In this document: positions 11,930-24,527 of the stretch, piece by piece | Layout of the letters: each line of letters opens with the position of its first letter | Numbering within the stretch: the stretch's first letter is position 1 | Assembly (NCBI GenBank): GCA_032718475.1 | Contig: JAUCBJ010000638.1 | Span: 1 to 53,224 of the forward strand | Length of the DNA stretch: 53,224 bases | Source: Nemertoderma westbladi | Taxonomy: Eukaryota; Animalia; Xenacoelomorpha | Direction: 5' to 3' | Position numbers and translations under genes: made by a program | The notes under the pieces: model-generated | The model's database searches: none | What the model was told of the DNA's origin: nothing | What the model saw: the letters and a program-made list of their open reading frames with translations, nothing else

Positions 11930-12795
11930 CCGAAGATATCTTTGCTGGACAACCCAAATTCCGGACTAAATTGAATATGTCAGGAATTATGCAGGTTTGG
12001 AAATCTACCCTAACGGCAGACTACTATGTAGGTGTGTTGTCCACCCCCCAGGATAAATTAGGAGCACAAGGTATAAGGTCGGTAAAAATGGTGGCTATAA
12101 AGAACTTCGCTACTACCCAAGCAGACCTTTATAATTGGGACGAGGATGAGAGCATCCAACATCTTAAGATACCTCGATTCCAGACAGATTATCCTGGAGT
12201 GCAAATACTCATCGGCCAAAACGCGCATGAGGCGCTCGAGACATTGGAGAAACGGCCTGCTCAACCGCAGCCACTACAAACCTATGCGGTAAGAACTAGA
12301 GTAGGTTGGTACTTCACTGGCCCTTCCCGTAGAACTCTCAAAGAGAGATTACCTCAACAACAGGTATACCAAGTAAAGGAATGGGAAGTGGAGAGCAGTG
12401 ATGTGGACGATCCAACTGAGGGAACACCATACTCCTCAGATAATGACGATATTAACTCCAATGTAGATCAATGGAGACATTGCCTTGGGACGATTAATCC
12501 AGCCGACATCGCTTCCAGAGGAGCAACTCCTCAAGAACTAATAGATACTCCAGGCTGGTTAGGTGGATCCGACTTCTTAAGTAAAGAAGAAGAAGAATGG
12601 CCTCCTCATCTTACCACGGCGGAGGTTAGACAGGCCAAGGGAGCGGAGAAAGTAACACAACAACTCAATCGCCCAGCTAGTCGTTTATGTTTACTGGAAA
12701 GAGACCGAAAACTGTCCGGAAACTATGGAAGACAAGATACTCTTCCTACGACTACTTACCTAATCCGACAAATATCTAGGGACTCCATAACGTGA
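11914..12795 (+). pseudogene. pol: Internally deleted BEL/Pao pol remnant (protease tail + RNase H tail + integrase tail in one frame)
   Basis: ILIGQNAH...AVRTRVGWYFTG (BEL protease C-terminal part), QWRHCLGTINPADIASRG...WLGGSDFL...WP (Pao RNase H end), RPASRLCLLE (integrase C-terminal end); no DSG/DTG, no YxDD, no HHCC/DDE core. Confidence 0.88.
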
Positions 12796-14423
12796 TAGCA
12801 TGTGGAGTGGGCGTGTGACTATATCATTTTATATTTGTTTTTATTTTATATTTATGTATGTATTATTATGTAATTTTATTATAATCGTTTTCTTTAATTT
12901 TATTTAGTAGAATGTTATTTTAGTGATTATTTAGTAGATTAGTGCAATATATTAGTGTTTATTACGTACGTAATTACTTATAATATATATTTAGTGCGAC
13001 GGCGAGAAATAATTATTTTTTCTCTTTCCTTACTGTCCGTATCATATTATAAATACGTGACTACAGTAAGATGAAATGTCAGTACTTATTAAAGTACAAT
13101 AAAGCTCCTACTATACTTAAGTATTATTGGTAGGCAGAGTATTAGGAATGCAAAGTTCAGATCCTCGTGTCTCGGCTAAACCAAGCTCTGGGTAGACCTT
13201 GGAAACGACTTGCCTCTTCACACTGACATTGCTTCGTGCGATATTGCTCTCATACCATATATAATAATACATATAGTAGCGTGATCTCCCTCTAACAGTA
13301 GCGTAAAACGCAAATAAATCTGTTAAACCTTTTGACCATCTGTAATTCTAGTCGATTAAGATATCGCGGCACCCACCGATATACTTGAAAGACAAATTAT
13401 AGAATCAGTGGTTAACGTCCCCAGACAAGTTCTGGAATAAATCGGTGCCCATCTTAAATATTAATTTAATATTTATTAAAATCTGTAAAATTCAGATCCT
13501 TTAAAATCTCTAGTCAATTAAGATATCGCAGCACTTACCGATGCTCTTAAAAGACAATTTTATAGAATTAAGGATCCTAGGTCCCCAGACAGGCTCTGGA
13601 ATAAAATTGTGTCAATTTTACCATCAAATAATAAAATTCACGGGAATAAATTTAAATTCATATCTTAAATGAATTTCATAAATTGTCATTTTGTGCAATT
13701 TATAACATTCCCAAAATTCCATTAATTAATAGATCATGGGAGCGGAGATTCATCATATTGAGTGTATTAGAGTGCGAGAATCTCCAACATATAGTCAATA
13801 GCCGATAAAATTAATAAAATCATGCATAAAGAGGATATTGACAGTTAAAGAATTACTATTAAATAGCATCCCAGATCTGTATGCATGAGAATTACCCTAA
13901 TTCTACCGCTAGCTTTCCATAATGTCACCATAGCAACACCCACGCTAGAATTAGAAGCAAGTTAAAAGAACAACAGAAAGCTTGTCCCATTGCATAGCAT
14001 AGAGAATACATAGCACACTGTTAGTATCCAAGGATACACAGTAATAACGTGACATTCTGGAAGGCACTGACTAACGGACAAATGGCCTGTATGTGTACAA
14101 TTGGTGACAGTTGTGTGGAATTTGTGCGTTTGTAGGTGAATGTTACTGCTAAGGTATGTTTACAGTAGCTAGTCGCAATTGTGAAAGTAGCCCAACTCTC
14201 CTATAGAAAGAACCTAAAGTGGATTCAAGCCTTTGGGACGGACAGTGGAGTGACTTGTGCCGGTTATCGTTGTCGTGCTGTTGCTACATGTTGGCGAAAA
14301 CACCGCGACGACGGTACATCGGCGCTGAGAATCCCACTGTCCGGGGGCAAAGAGAGGTAGGCAGCGACGTCCGCTCGCCTAAACATAAACTCATTTCGAT
14401 ATTAATAAACTCAGATAGCAGAT

Positions 14424-15899
14424 ATGACGGAGTTGATAGAAGATGATCTTGGTATCAGGGAGCGATATACTCTACCTTTACAAGCATTTGTGGATAGCTT
14501 GATACGCGGTGAAACCGATCCAACCATTACGGAGGACGATGGTCGTTATATCGAACCGCCGATGTCCCAAGAGCAACTTACGCGTGAATTGGACTATCGA
14601 AAATTCACCGCTCGCTATACGCATCGTAATAGTACGTATATGGACTTCCTAACTACCGGCCATCCTATCGATTTACATGATACGGACGATGTAGACACCG
14701 AAAGGGAAATGGTTCTATTTAAATATCATACCCAGCGGAGTCGTAACGATAAACCGAGAATAGATCACGAAAATTCTATTCGTAACAGACTGGGAAGACG
14801 AACCAATATGCCTAGAATCTGAGGAGATTCAGCCTATCGCGCCCGGAACAGCGACAACGATTACATCCTAGAATGGTATCAAGGTCCACAGTGTCTCACT
14901 GCGTACAATTATCGCCATGCCAACTATGTTTCTCGGCAACGTTGTCGGTTATGCGCATCGAGAGACCATGTTACGCCCATGGACACAAACGTCCGCTGTT
15001 CCTATTTCCACGAACAACCGGCGATGGAAATTTATTGTGCGTATTGCAGACTCAATAACTTGCACATTTTTTGCAGTTTATGACTATTTGAGTCAGTTTT
15101 AAGTTTAGTCAATTTATGACTCAATGGCAACATTGTCAACTAAAGGGACGCGCCAGTTTCGATTGCCCTTTTTAATCACGATTTGGAAAGCGTAGATGAA
15201 ATGATCACACTACGTTACATCAGAGCTTGGGAAGCAAACGCTGATTTACATTGTGATTCGCGCCATCGTTATTATCCTGGACGCGCTTACGAAGGAATTT
15301 ATGCGTTCCATCCTTATCTATTCGCTTCTGTCGAACAGAAATCACGCATATCGAGTTACGAACTACTGAAGCGCGTCGGAGAATGTATTTCAACCAAGTT
15401 CGTACGCAAATTTCTCAGGAGTGTTAATCCTAGCGACCTTCATTCCTATAACTTAATCAATTATATCCGTCAGGATCCGGACTATGGAGACTTATTTGTT
15501 AACTCACACCCCGAGTTACAGGAAGTGTATCGACGACCTTATGAATACCGAGCCCGCGAACGCGAGTTGGAAAGAACCATTAAACCCAGGAGGTTTCTGA
15601 CTGCCTATGGTCCACCCACGGCTCTCGTTCAGACCACTCGTAAAGGACCCGTCAGAGCGGCTGTCCTAAAACGCGCTCTCAAGGCCGTTAAACCCCTCTC
15701 CCCCGACGTTGATGTCAATCAACCCGGCACTTCGACTGGCGGATACACCGACCATAATCCTACACCCTCTGATGCAATCATATTGCACCCTTCACCCAGG
15801 AGTTATAGCCCTCCTTGTAAAGTGGCTCGCCCCAAAGAGAAAAAGACTCTGGTCAGCTTTAAAAAACTGCGTAAACGCCGTCCGCGCAAGAAAGACTAA
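14424..15899 (+). pseudogene. Accessory 3' reading frame of the BEL element, unknown function, interrupted by in-frame stops
   Basis: ORFs 14424-14822 and 15183-15899 share a frame; the intervening sequence reads open to 15080 with CRLC-x27-CAYC; stops at 14820, 15081, 15117, 15141; basic C-terminal tail KKLRKRRPRKKD. Confidence 0.6.
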
Positions 15900-15970
15900 C
15901 TGTTTAGAGTATTTACGTATATTAGAAACTGTGATTTTTGTATATTTTATAGACTCAAATCCCATTTTCT

Positions 15971-15978
15971 GGGAGCGG
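15971..15978 (+). promoter_or_regulatory. Polypurine tract of BEL element
   Basis: GGGAGCGG immediately before the TG of the 3' LTR. Confidence 0.75.
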
Positions 15979-17232
15979 TGTAAAAGCTTCTGTGGGATAT
16001 AACTGGCCCTTTTGCTTCGCAATCCAGTTTCCCCCCAGGCGCTGGAATACTCTAAAAGGCTCTCTAACTATATATATATTCCCCTCGCCCGCAAGGTACC
16101 GTTATAGGTGTTTTAACGGACATAAAAGTCATTCTTCTATATACGTGTTTTGGCGGACATGGTAAGGCAAAAAACCCGCAATGCACCAAATACCTTTACA
16201 CAGCTTAGCCTTGATAATTCAGATTACGACATCTAACAGCTGGTTGCTGACATGGAAACGGCCATTGGACACACGGTTCTTTGTTTAGCTTAAGCCAATC
16301 AGAGCGATTTTTTCTGTAGATGTGGAGATATTCGGCCGATCATACTAGGAGTGTTCAGTCTTACTGTTTTTTGTGATACTGTTGTGTTGTTGCTATCTAG
16401 GCCAGGAACACCGGCTCTAGAGTCAATTCGTTTTCATACTTTAGAAGAAACATTAGTAGGCTTAAATTATAGAGCGTATAACTGTTATCAGTGCATAACA
16501 ATCAACTTATCTCAATTCAGTCTTACATTATCGGTTCAACATACATTATTATACTGCTGTTTACTGTTGTGTTTTGGTTGAATATTATTTGGAGAACATA
16601 TATAAAGAACCCAAATTTCCCAATTTTCTTGATACACTACAGGTTAGAGAGACGGGTTATATATAGCGATTGCGACTTATATTATTGTGGTTTGTAGTGA
16701 ATTTAATGCTATTTGATAAGCACTACATGAGTCCGTTGCTGTTCTCTTTATATATGATAAAATTCATTGACGGTCGGCAAATTAGTGAGCAGTATTGTGT
16801 GTTACCGGTAGTGTGCATGATTGTGGCTGATAACTAAGCATTTCCTAAAGAATGCGCCTCATACGTGAATCATAAGCCTTACCGACTTACCGTTGTGATT
16901 AGTACAAGTCATATCTCTGTTTACCTAGATAGAGCGCCACGTCCTAAAGGAACTGTTAATATTTCCCGAAAGTGAATAATATTAGTCAGAAATTATTTAT
17001 TAACGATCAATCGAATAATACAGTAAGCTTACACTGCAATAATAATCTAAGCCCTCAGAATCCAGTCTCCCGGGTATATCCAGCGGGTGAATGGACGCGC
17101 ACTAGGCTGGCTTCTGCTAATGTTGTGTTTATTGGTATTAAATATTTGTCAACTTCTAAAGTCTATTTATAAACCAAAAGACATATAAATTTTGGCAGGT
17201 TAAACTGCTAAAGGTCTTCAAAAGCGCGTACA
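15979..17232 (+). repeat. 3' LTR of BEL/Pao element
   Basis: 1254-bp direct repeat of 5355-6608 followed by TSD AACTC. Confidence 0.95.
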
Positions 17233-17485
17233 AACTCCGCCATCTTTTATCTTAACATATAAAATTAAAATTACGAATTTTAAGGGTCGAAAAATATCGC
17301 GTTATTTTGGCCCTTTTTTTAAATTTTTTTGGGGCCAAAAATAACCCCTTCTCAAAAGATTAAGAAAAAAATTACGGCAAAGAATATACCAATTTTATTA
17401 AATTTGGACCACCAGAACCGAAGTTAGAGCGATTTTAGTGAAAAAATAAAAATAATTTTTTTTGAAAAAAAATTAAGAATGGTCA

Positions 17486-17558
17486 GGTCAATATTGGATT
17501 TCGAACCCGCGAACTTAGGTTTCATTAACGTGATTGATAACCACTAGACTATGTGACC
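17486..17558 (-). pseudogene. tRNA-like / SINE-head sequence in the 3-kb unit (copy 1)
   Basis: Minus strand GGTCACA-TAGTCTAGTGGTTA (A box)...GGTTCGAAATCC (B box)...TGACC; 73 nt; anticodon arm does not pair well. Confidence 0.55.
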
Positions 17559-19054
17559 AAGAGGATTTGAAATTTTCGAGTGACTATTTTTAAACATAAA
17601 TAACTTCGGTTCTACAGGGCCGTTTAATCTGAAACTTTTTTCGTTGGAAAGAGGATAGATTGTAGTGTGTGAAATAGGATAAAACTTGGGAAAAGACGCA
17701 TGTGCACTTAGTCCAAAATGCACTTAAATAGTGAACATTTTTTCGATATTTCAAACACTATTATTTCCAGTTCTATTCATCGTAGAATGTTATTTTTTGG
17801 ATTAAAATGTAATTTGGAATGATTTAACTATAATCGTAACATTTGTTTAACTTTTTATGTCTATAAAGTGACTTAAAATGTCCATGAATATGGTCCAAAA
17901 TCGCAAATCCAGATTTATTAAATTGGATTTTTGACACTTTTAGCGACTGACACTTGATCATACACCATCGTAGATCGGTAGAGGATAAACATAAGTTTGT
18001 TAAATAAGAGCCACCATTACGATCTGCTAAAGTGCATTTGTACAAATAAGTGTGCAAAAGTGCAAATTTTTTAATAAGGTCAAATTATATAGTATCGGGT
18101 TATTTTCTTTGCAGATACTTTATTTTCATATTAATATATTGTTTGGACCATACTGAGCGCATTAGGGATAAGTGTACAAATAAACGGCCCTTATGAGTCT
18201 TCGATTGGGTAAATTAATAAAACATAAGGTTGTAATATTCTAAAAAACCAGTGTGATATTAAATGCACTTTAAATAATAAATAGAAATCAAATAACAATT
18301 GGACCACACAATTAAAAACTCACACAATTTTGTACTTATTATATCGCTTCAAATTAATTCAACAGTGGATATTTGTGGGAAGGGGGAAGTTACAGTGTGC
18401 ATTCGGGGGAAGTTTGGTGAACTGCATTTATGCAGTGAATCCAAACTTCCCCCTTTGATATATCATATACTTAATACATGCTAGGGTGACGGGGAAATAT
18501 TTGTTACTGTCACACTTTGCTTCCATTTATCCTATCCTTTATTATTACCCCAGTCAGATAAGAGATAATAAATCAGTAAAAACTAAACTAAACTGTCTTT
18601 CATGCAAACAAATTTCTAACTAAAGACGGGTGAATGACCATGACCATGGAAATAATATTAAATATAATTGTATATCAACTATTTGGGGAGGCTTCCAAGT
18701 TAAACCCGAAAACAATTATTTTGTTACATATATAGTAAATAACGTTGTATGTTCTTCTTCCTCTCATAATAAAATATAAATGAAATATCTCAGATAGCTA
18801 TGCCCTGTAACATTTCACAACCAAAATATTTAAGTGTGAAAAGTGTAGGCCTACCACACTCCGCCCAAACAACCGCAAACGCATAGCCAACAAATTTAAC
18901 AAAAGGTTACATACATGTTGGGTTCATGACGAGATGAGTGAAAATTGATCGCGTAATATAAAGTAAAAAATTAAGAGACGGGCTGGCTCTCCTCCACTTT
19001 CTTACCCAATGGATATGTTGTTGTAATAATCTAATATTGGGGCGGCTTTCTCTC

Positions 19055-22000
19055 GGTGGGATAAATATTTCTCCATTTGACGCAACACCGCCGCGGCCGC
19101 TATGAGGGAGGTGAATACCGCGGCCGCTCCTAAAGCCGCAGGCCATCGCTAACTATATAGGTTAACTTGGGATTCTGGGGGACTTTTCGATGAAGGAACT
19201 GACCAAATTTTTTTATTTTCTCACCAGGGGAGCGGCTCGGAATTCTAAGATATTAGCAACTCTAACATTATTAAATCTAACCCTTCGACGGACACGGCGG
19301 ACAAAAAACCGTCATTTTTTCTACAATTTTAAAATTTTTTTGAAAGGCGCTCTACAGTGGCTCGAAAAAACCCTAGGTTATTGCTTAGCCGACGCCGGGA
19401 TACGATAGAAGGGATTAATTAGTGAATTCGTTTTTTTTTTCAAAAAAGATTACCACGCCTTTTTTCCGAAAATGTCCGTCAAAGTTGAAAAAACGGACAA
19501 AATGACTTTGCGGGATCCGCTATAACTCGGCTAATATTAATTGTACGGGGACGAAAGTAACGCGGTTGGAAAGGGGAAGAGTGGTACTACCTTCGTATCG
19601 AATGGGGGTAAGATATTTATTAAAATTTGGGGTGGAAAAAGGGGCTGTAAATTTGTACGTTTTTGTCCGTCTTTTTTGGAAAACTTATTTCCGAAATGTT
19701 TAATTCGACAACGCGGGTTGGAATCCACTAATTCTTTTATGAAACTCGTAGAAGACCATTGGGGCTACGTTCCTATCGAATGGGGGTACAAAAAATATGT
19801 CGGCAATAGGGGCCAAAAAGGGCCAGAATTTGTAAAGTAGTTTTTATCGAATGATTTTTTATTTTTAACTTTAGTTGGTTAAGGTACATTCTATACAGTC
19901 AATATCCATACGGGGAATTCAAATATGCTATCGGTTTTGCTCCAAGGATGATATTAAAAAAATGAGGGCCAAAATTATAATTTCGCGCTTCAAACTTGCT
20001 TCGCGGGAAATCGTCTAGCTCGAAAACTACTTAACTTACGGGAGATTTGTTTACACAGACTTATAGTGCGTTAAATTATCTATCCAACAGCGTTAATCAC
20101 AGCGCCGGAGGTATTATAAAACTGGAGCGGCAGGCGATCGTGTGAAATATAATATTTATAAAAAGGGACGAAAATTTTTTTTTTTAACAAATCACTATTC
20201 CATTATAATTTAGCGTATTGCGCCAAAAGTACCTGTAAAAAGTATCAAATTAACTCCGCTATCTTTTATCTTAACATATATAATTAAAATTCTGAATTTT
20301 AAGGGTCGAAAAATATCGCGTTATTTTGGCCCTTTTTTTAATTTTTTTGGGGCCAAAAATAACCCCTTCTCAAAAGATTAAGAAAAAAAATTACGGCAAA
20401 GAATATACCAATTTTATTGAATTTGGACCACCAGAACCGAAGTTAGAGCGATTTTAGTGAAAAAATAAAAATAATTCTTTTTGCAAAAAAATTAAGAATG
20501 GTCAGGTCAATATTGGATTTCGAACCCGCGAACTTAGGTTTCATTAACGTGATTGATAACCACTAGACTATGTGACCAAGAGAATTTGAAATTTTCGAGT
20601 GACTATTTTTAAACATAAATAACTTCGGTTCTACAGGGCCGTTTAATCTGAAACTTTTTTCATTGGATATAGGATAGATTGTAGTGTGTGAAATAGGATG
20701 AAACTTGTGAAAAGACTTATGTGCACTTAGTGCAAAATGCACTTAAATAGTGTACATTTTTTTCGATATTTCAAACACTATTATTTCCAGTTCTATTCAT
20801 CGTAGAATGTTATTTTTTGGATTAAAATGTAGTTTGGAATGATTTCTAACTATAATCGTAACATTTGTTTAACTTTTTATGTCTATAAAGTGACTTAAAA
20901 TGTCCATGAATATGGTCCAAAATCGCAAATCCAGATTTATTAAATTGGATTTTTGACACTTTTAGCGACTGACACATCATACACAATCGTAGATCGGTAG
21001 AGGATAAACATAAGTTTGTTAAATAAGAGCCACCATTACGATCTGCTAAAGTGCATTTGTACAAATAAGTGTGCAAAAGTGCAAATTTTTTAATAAGGTA
21101 AAATTATATAGTATTGGGTTCTTTTCTTTGCAGATACTTTATTTTCATATTAATATGTTGTTTGAACCTTACTGAGCGCATTAGGGGATATGCGTACAAA
21201 TAACCGGCCCTTATGAGGCTTCGATTGGGTAAATTAATAAAACATAAGGTTGTATAGTATAATATTCTAAAAACCAGTGTGATATTAAATGCACTTTAAA
21301 TAATAAATAGAAATCAAATAACAATTGGACCACACAATTAAAAACTCGCACAATTTTGTACTTATTATATAGCTTCAAATTAATTCAACAGTGGATATTT
21401 GGGGGAAGGGGGAAGTTACAGTCTGCATTCGGGGGAAGTTTGGTGAACTGCATTTATGCAGTGAATCCAAACTTCCCCCTTTGATATATCATATACTTAA
21501 GACATGCTAGGGTGACGGGGAAATATTTGTTTAGTTACTGTCACACTTTGCTTCCATTTATCCTATCCTTTATTATTACCCCAGTCAGATAAGAGATAAT
21601 AAATCAGTAAAAACTAAACTAAACTGTCTTTCATGCAAACAAATTTCTAACTAAAGACGGGTGAATGACCATGACCATGGAAATAATTTTAAATATAATT
21701 GTATATCAACTATTTGGGGAGGCTTCCAAGTTAAACCCGAAAACAATTATTTTGTTACATATAATATAGTAAATAACGTTGTATGTTCTTCTTCCTCTCA
21801 TAATAAAATATAAATGAAATATCTCAGATCGCTATGCCCTGTAACATTTCACAACCAAAATATTTAAGTGTGAAAAGTGTAGGCCTACCACACCCCCCGC
21901 CCAAACAGACGCAAACGTATAGCCAACAAATTTAACAAAAGGTTACATACATGTTGGGTTCATGACGAGATGAGTGAAAATTGATCGCGTAATATAAAGT

Positions 22001-22090
22001 AAAAAATTAAGAGACGGGCTGGCTCTCCTCCACTTTCTTACCCAATGGAAATGTTGTTGTAATAATCTAATATTGGGGCGGCTTTCTCTC
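19055..22090. repeat. Copy 2 (uninterrupted) of the ~3.03-kb tandem unit
   Basis: Head-to-tail with copy 1 at CTTTCTCTC|GGTGGG; carries the empty BEL target site. Confidence 0.92.
20505..20577 (-). pseudogene. tRNA-like / SINE-head sequence in the 3-kb unit (copy 2)
   Basis: Same sequence as 17486-17558. Confidence 0.55.
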
Positions 22091-22173
22091 GTTAAGAACG
22101 TGATTTTAATTATTGATAGTAACAATGTGTTGGCAAGCTGTATTTATCGAGGTGTTTGTTATTATACATTTAT

Positions 22174-22313
22174 TATAGGAAGGGATCTAGGGTTCTTAAC
22201 CTCGAATGATAAGTTTATTTTACCGAAAATAACTTATCTTAAGAAAATGATAAGTTATTTTCGGTAAAATAAACTTATCATTCGAGGTTAAGACCCCTAG
22301 ATCCCTTCCTATA
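22174..22313. mobile_element. 140-bp hairpin (MITE-like)
   Basis: ~65-bp arms TATAGGAAGGGATCTAGGG...AACTTATC / GATAAGTT...CTAGATCCCTTCCTATA with a 10-nt spacer. Confidence 0.8.
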
Positions 22314-22384
22314 GTTAAGAACGACCTTATTTATTTTGCAATTTTCCTTGGGGCCATTTATTGTTTGGTGGGTAACTATAATTG

Positions 22385-22785
22385 ACGGGCAATTGTCCCG
22401 AGAGGCAATTGTCCGCGTGGCAATTGTCCGGTGGGCAATTTTCAGCGTGGCATTTGTACGGGATGGCAATTTTCCGCGTGGCAATTGTCCGGGGGGCAAT
22501 TGTCTGGGTGGCAATTGTTCGGGTGGCAATTGTCCGGGGGGCAATTGTCCGCGTGGCAATTGTCCGGGGGGCAATTTTCCGCGTGGCATTTTTACGGGAT
22601 GGCAATTTTCCGCGTGGCATTTGTACGGGATGGCAATTTTCCGCGTGGCAATTGTCTGGGGGAAATTGTCCGGGGGGCAATAGTCCTGGGGGCAATTGTC
22701 CGGGGGGGCAATAGTCCTGGGGGCAATTGTCCGGGGGGGGGGGGGGCAATAGTCCGGGGGGCAATTGTCCGGGGGGTAATTGTGC
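22385..22785. repeat. 15-bp minisatellite (GGCAATTGTCCGGGG variants)
   Basis: Tandem array seen directly; explains the stacked GQLPP / GNCPG / RTIA ORFs in all six frames. Confidence 0.92.
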
Positions 22786-24527
22786 TGTCACGTTTAAAAT
22801 TATCTTTGCTATTATGGAATTTAGCAGCAGTACAAGTCTGGGACCGTCGTGTACCGGATATGTAAGCCACCACCAACCGTCAGCTATAATCATAACACGT
22901 CCTGATGTTTCTATGTTTTTTAAGTTTGTGGGGCTCTAATGTTAACCTCTTTAGTTTAATACAATTACAGCGACCTCATGTACTAATTGTGTAATCCTGT
23001 ATGTATGCTATTCTGGGGAGGGAAAACCAATCCCCCAGGTGGGCAGACAAGAGGGCAACTAGGTAAGACCTGAAACGTGTGCTACTTGTTGTTCATATAC
23101 TATCCATATCCAACCACCAGGGCCGAAGAATGCAAAAATTTTATTAAAGAATGCTATCCAAATATAACTTATTATTGAATTAGAATTGAAACTATTAATA
23201 AACAATAAGTCTGTATTGTGATCCAATATACAGGAATAATTGTTGGAAATACGTTTCTGAGAACCCAATATTTGTCAATATGTTGAGCAGACAGCTCTCT
23301 CAATTACACTGCCACCTACCTGCCTCCACCCTGAAGCTCCGATAGGACGTTGTCTTGGCAACGATATTCTGGGCTTGGCTATCCGGTGGCCGGTGGGAGG
23401 CAGAAGGCATTGGCTTCCGACAGTCCGACGGTTCGGACTCACACAAACAGACATTTGGTAAACGGACATAACCGCTCGCGTATGGCCAGCAATTCTGACA
23501 GGATTTAATTGCTATTATTTTATAGATAAAGATAAGAATCCAATTTGTTGAATCGAAAAAATACTTTAAAAGGTCTAAAACTGCCTCTAATTGGCCCTAA
23601 ATATAAATGGAAATCAAACCCCATAAATAAATATATATAATAATTAAATTTTTAAATATACAGTTAATCATAACGAGAACATTTTTAAAAAAAGTATCGT
23701 AAAAATTTCATTAAAATTAAACCAGATGGCCTTAATTAAGATTACACATTTAATGATTAACATAATATTTTTATTATTTCTTTCAGTTGAGTTATACTGC
23801 AGCCTGAAAAAGACAATATTCAATGACTATCGTTTCTGGTAACGAACTAATTATAACAACAGTTGGGGTAAGAGTAGAGCGTGCGTGGGTAGATAATTGG
23901 GTGTGCGTGGACGAATTATCTCGCCATGTTTTTTATCATATGGTGACGTGTATTTGAGAGCAATTGCTTAATTTGTGGTTAATTGGTGTTTCAAAGCTTC
24001 TCCGATGGACCATTAAATTAAATAAAGCATCCAAAACCCCAAAGTGCGCACTTGCCTAAACAGAGTGGGGAGTCACACCATTGCGTATAGATATACTTCG
24101 TTGCCTTGCATTCATATCTCTGCTGCGGAAACCATTTTAACGGGAATTACTCATGAAATTTCGTGATGAAACGACGGGGGTAAACCAACTTATATTTTTT
24201 AGGCTACCAATTAAAGTCACACCAAAATCGATGAAAATTTCACCAAAAAAAATTATGTTACACCAAATTAAATAATGTGACCCGAAAAAAAATTATTCAA
24301 CACCAAAAACAATTACCCCGCACCAAAATAAATAACTGCTCCCCAAACCCAATTATTCACACCAAAATAAATGACAAAACCCCAAAATAAGTGCAAATTT
24401 TCACAAAATAAATACAAATTTTCCCAAAATAAATGCTTATTCCCCCATAATAATCAATTATTCTTCCAAAATAAACAGACTCTTAGTTAAAGACTCTCAG
24501 TTGCAGACTATTGGTACGAGGTTCGTG

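Larger units (their letters stand above)
5355..17232 (+). mobile_element. BEL/Pao LTR retrotransposon, non-autonomous (gag intact, pol deleted), recent insertion
   Basis: Two 1254-bp TG...CA LTRs; 5-bp TSD AACTC (5350-5354, 17233-17237); empty site with a single AACTC at 20252-20256; PPT GGGAGCGG at 15971-15978; BEL-type Gag with three zinc knuckles. Confidence 0.95.
4145..19054. repeat. Copy 1 of a ~3.03-kb tandem unit (4145-5354 + 17238-19054), split by the BEL/Pao element
   Basis: Matches 19055-22090 throughout (start GGTGGGATAAATATTTCTCC, end GGGGCGGCTTTCTCTC); duplicated short ORFs in the track (4280/19190, 17824/20846). Confidence 0.92.
3635..22792. mobile_element. Outer non-autonomous DNA transposon with 15-bp subterminal repeats, hosting nested insertions
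   Basis: GGACAATTGCCCCCC-type repeats at 3643-3720 and the inverted array at 22385-22785; ends TGTAACTAGGACAATT versus reverse complement CGTGACAGCACAATT; near-TSD TTTTAAAT / TTTAAAAT. Pairing of the two ends is inferred. Confidence 0.45.

Noticed and set aside
14424-15899. Envelope gene
   Set aside because: No signal peptide or transmembrane anchor.
17486-17558. Functional tRNA gene (also 20505-20577 and 48750-48818)
   Set aside because: A and B boxes are present but the anticodon arm and acceptor stem pair poorly; kept as tRNA-derived relics.
22278-22939. Collagen-like or Pro/Gly-rich ORFs in six frames
   Set aside because: Artefact of a stop-free 15-bp minisatellite.
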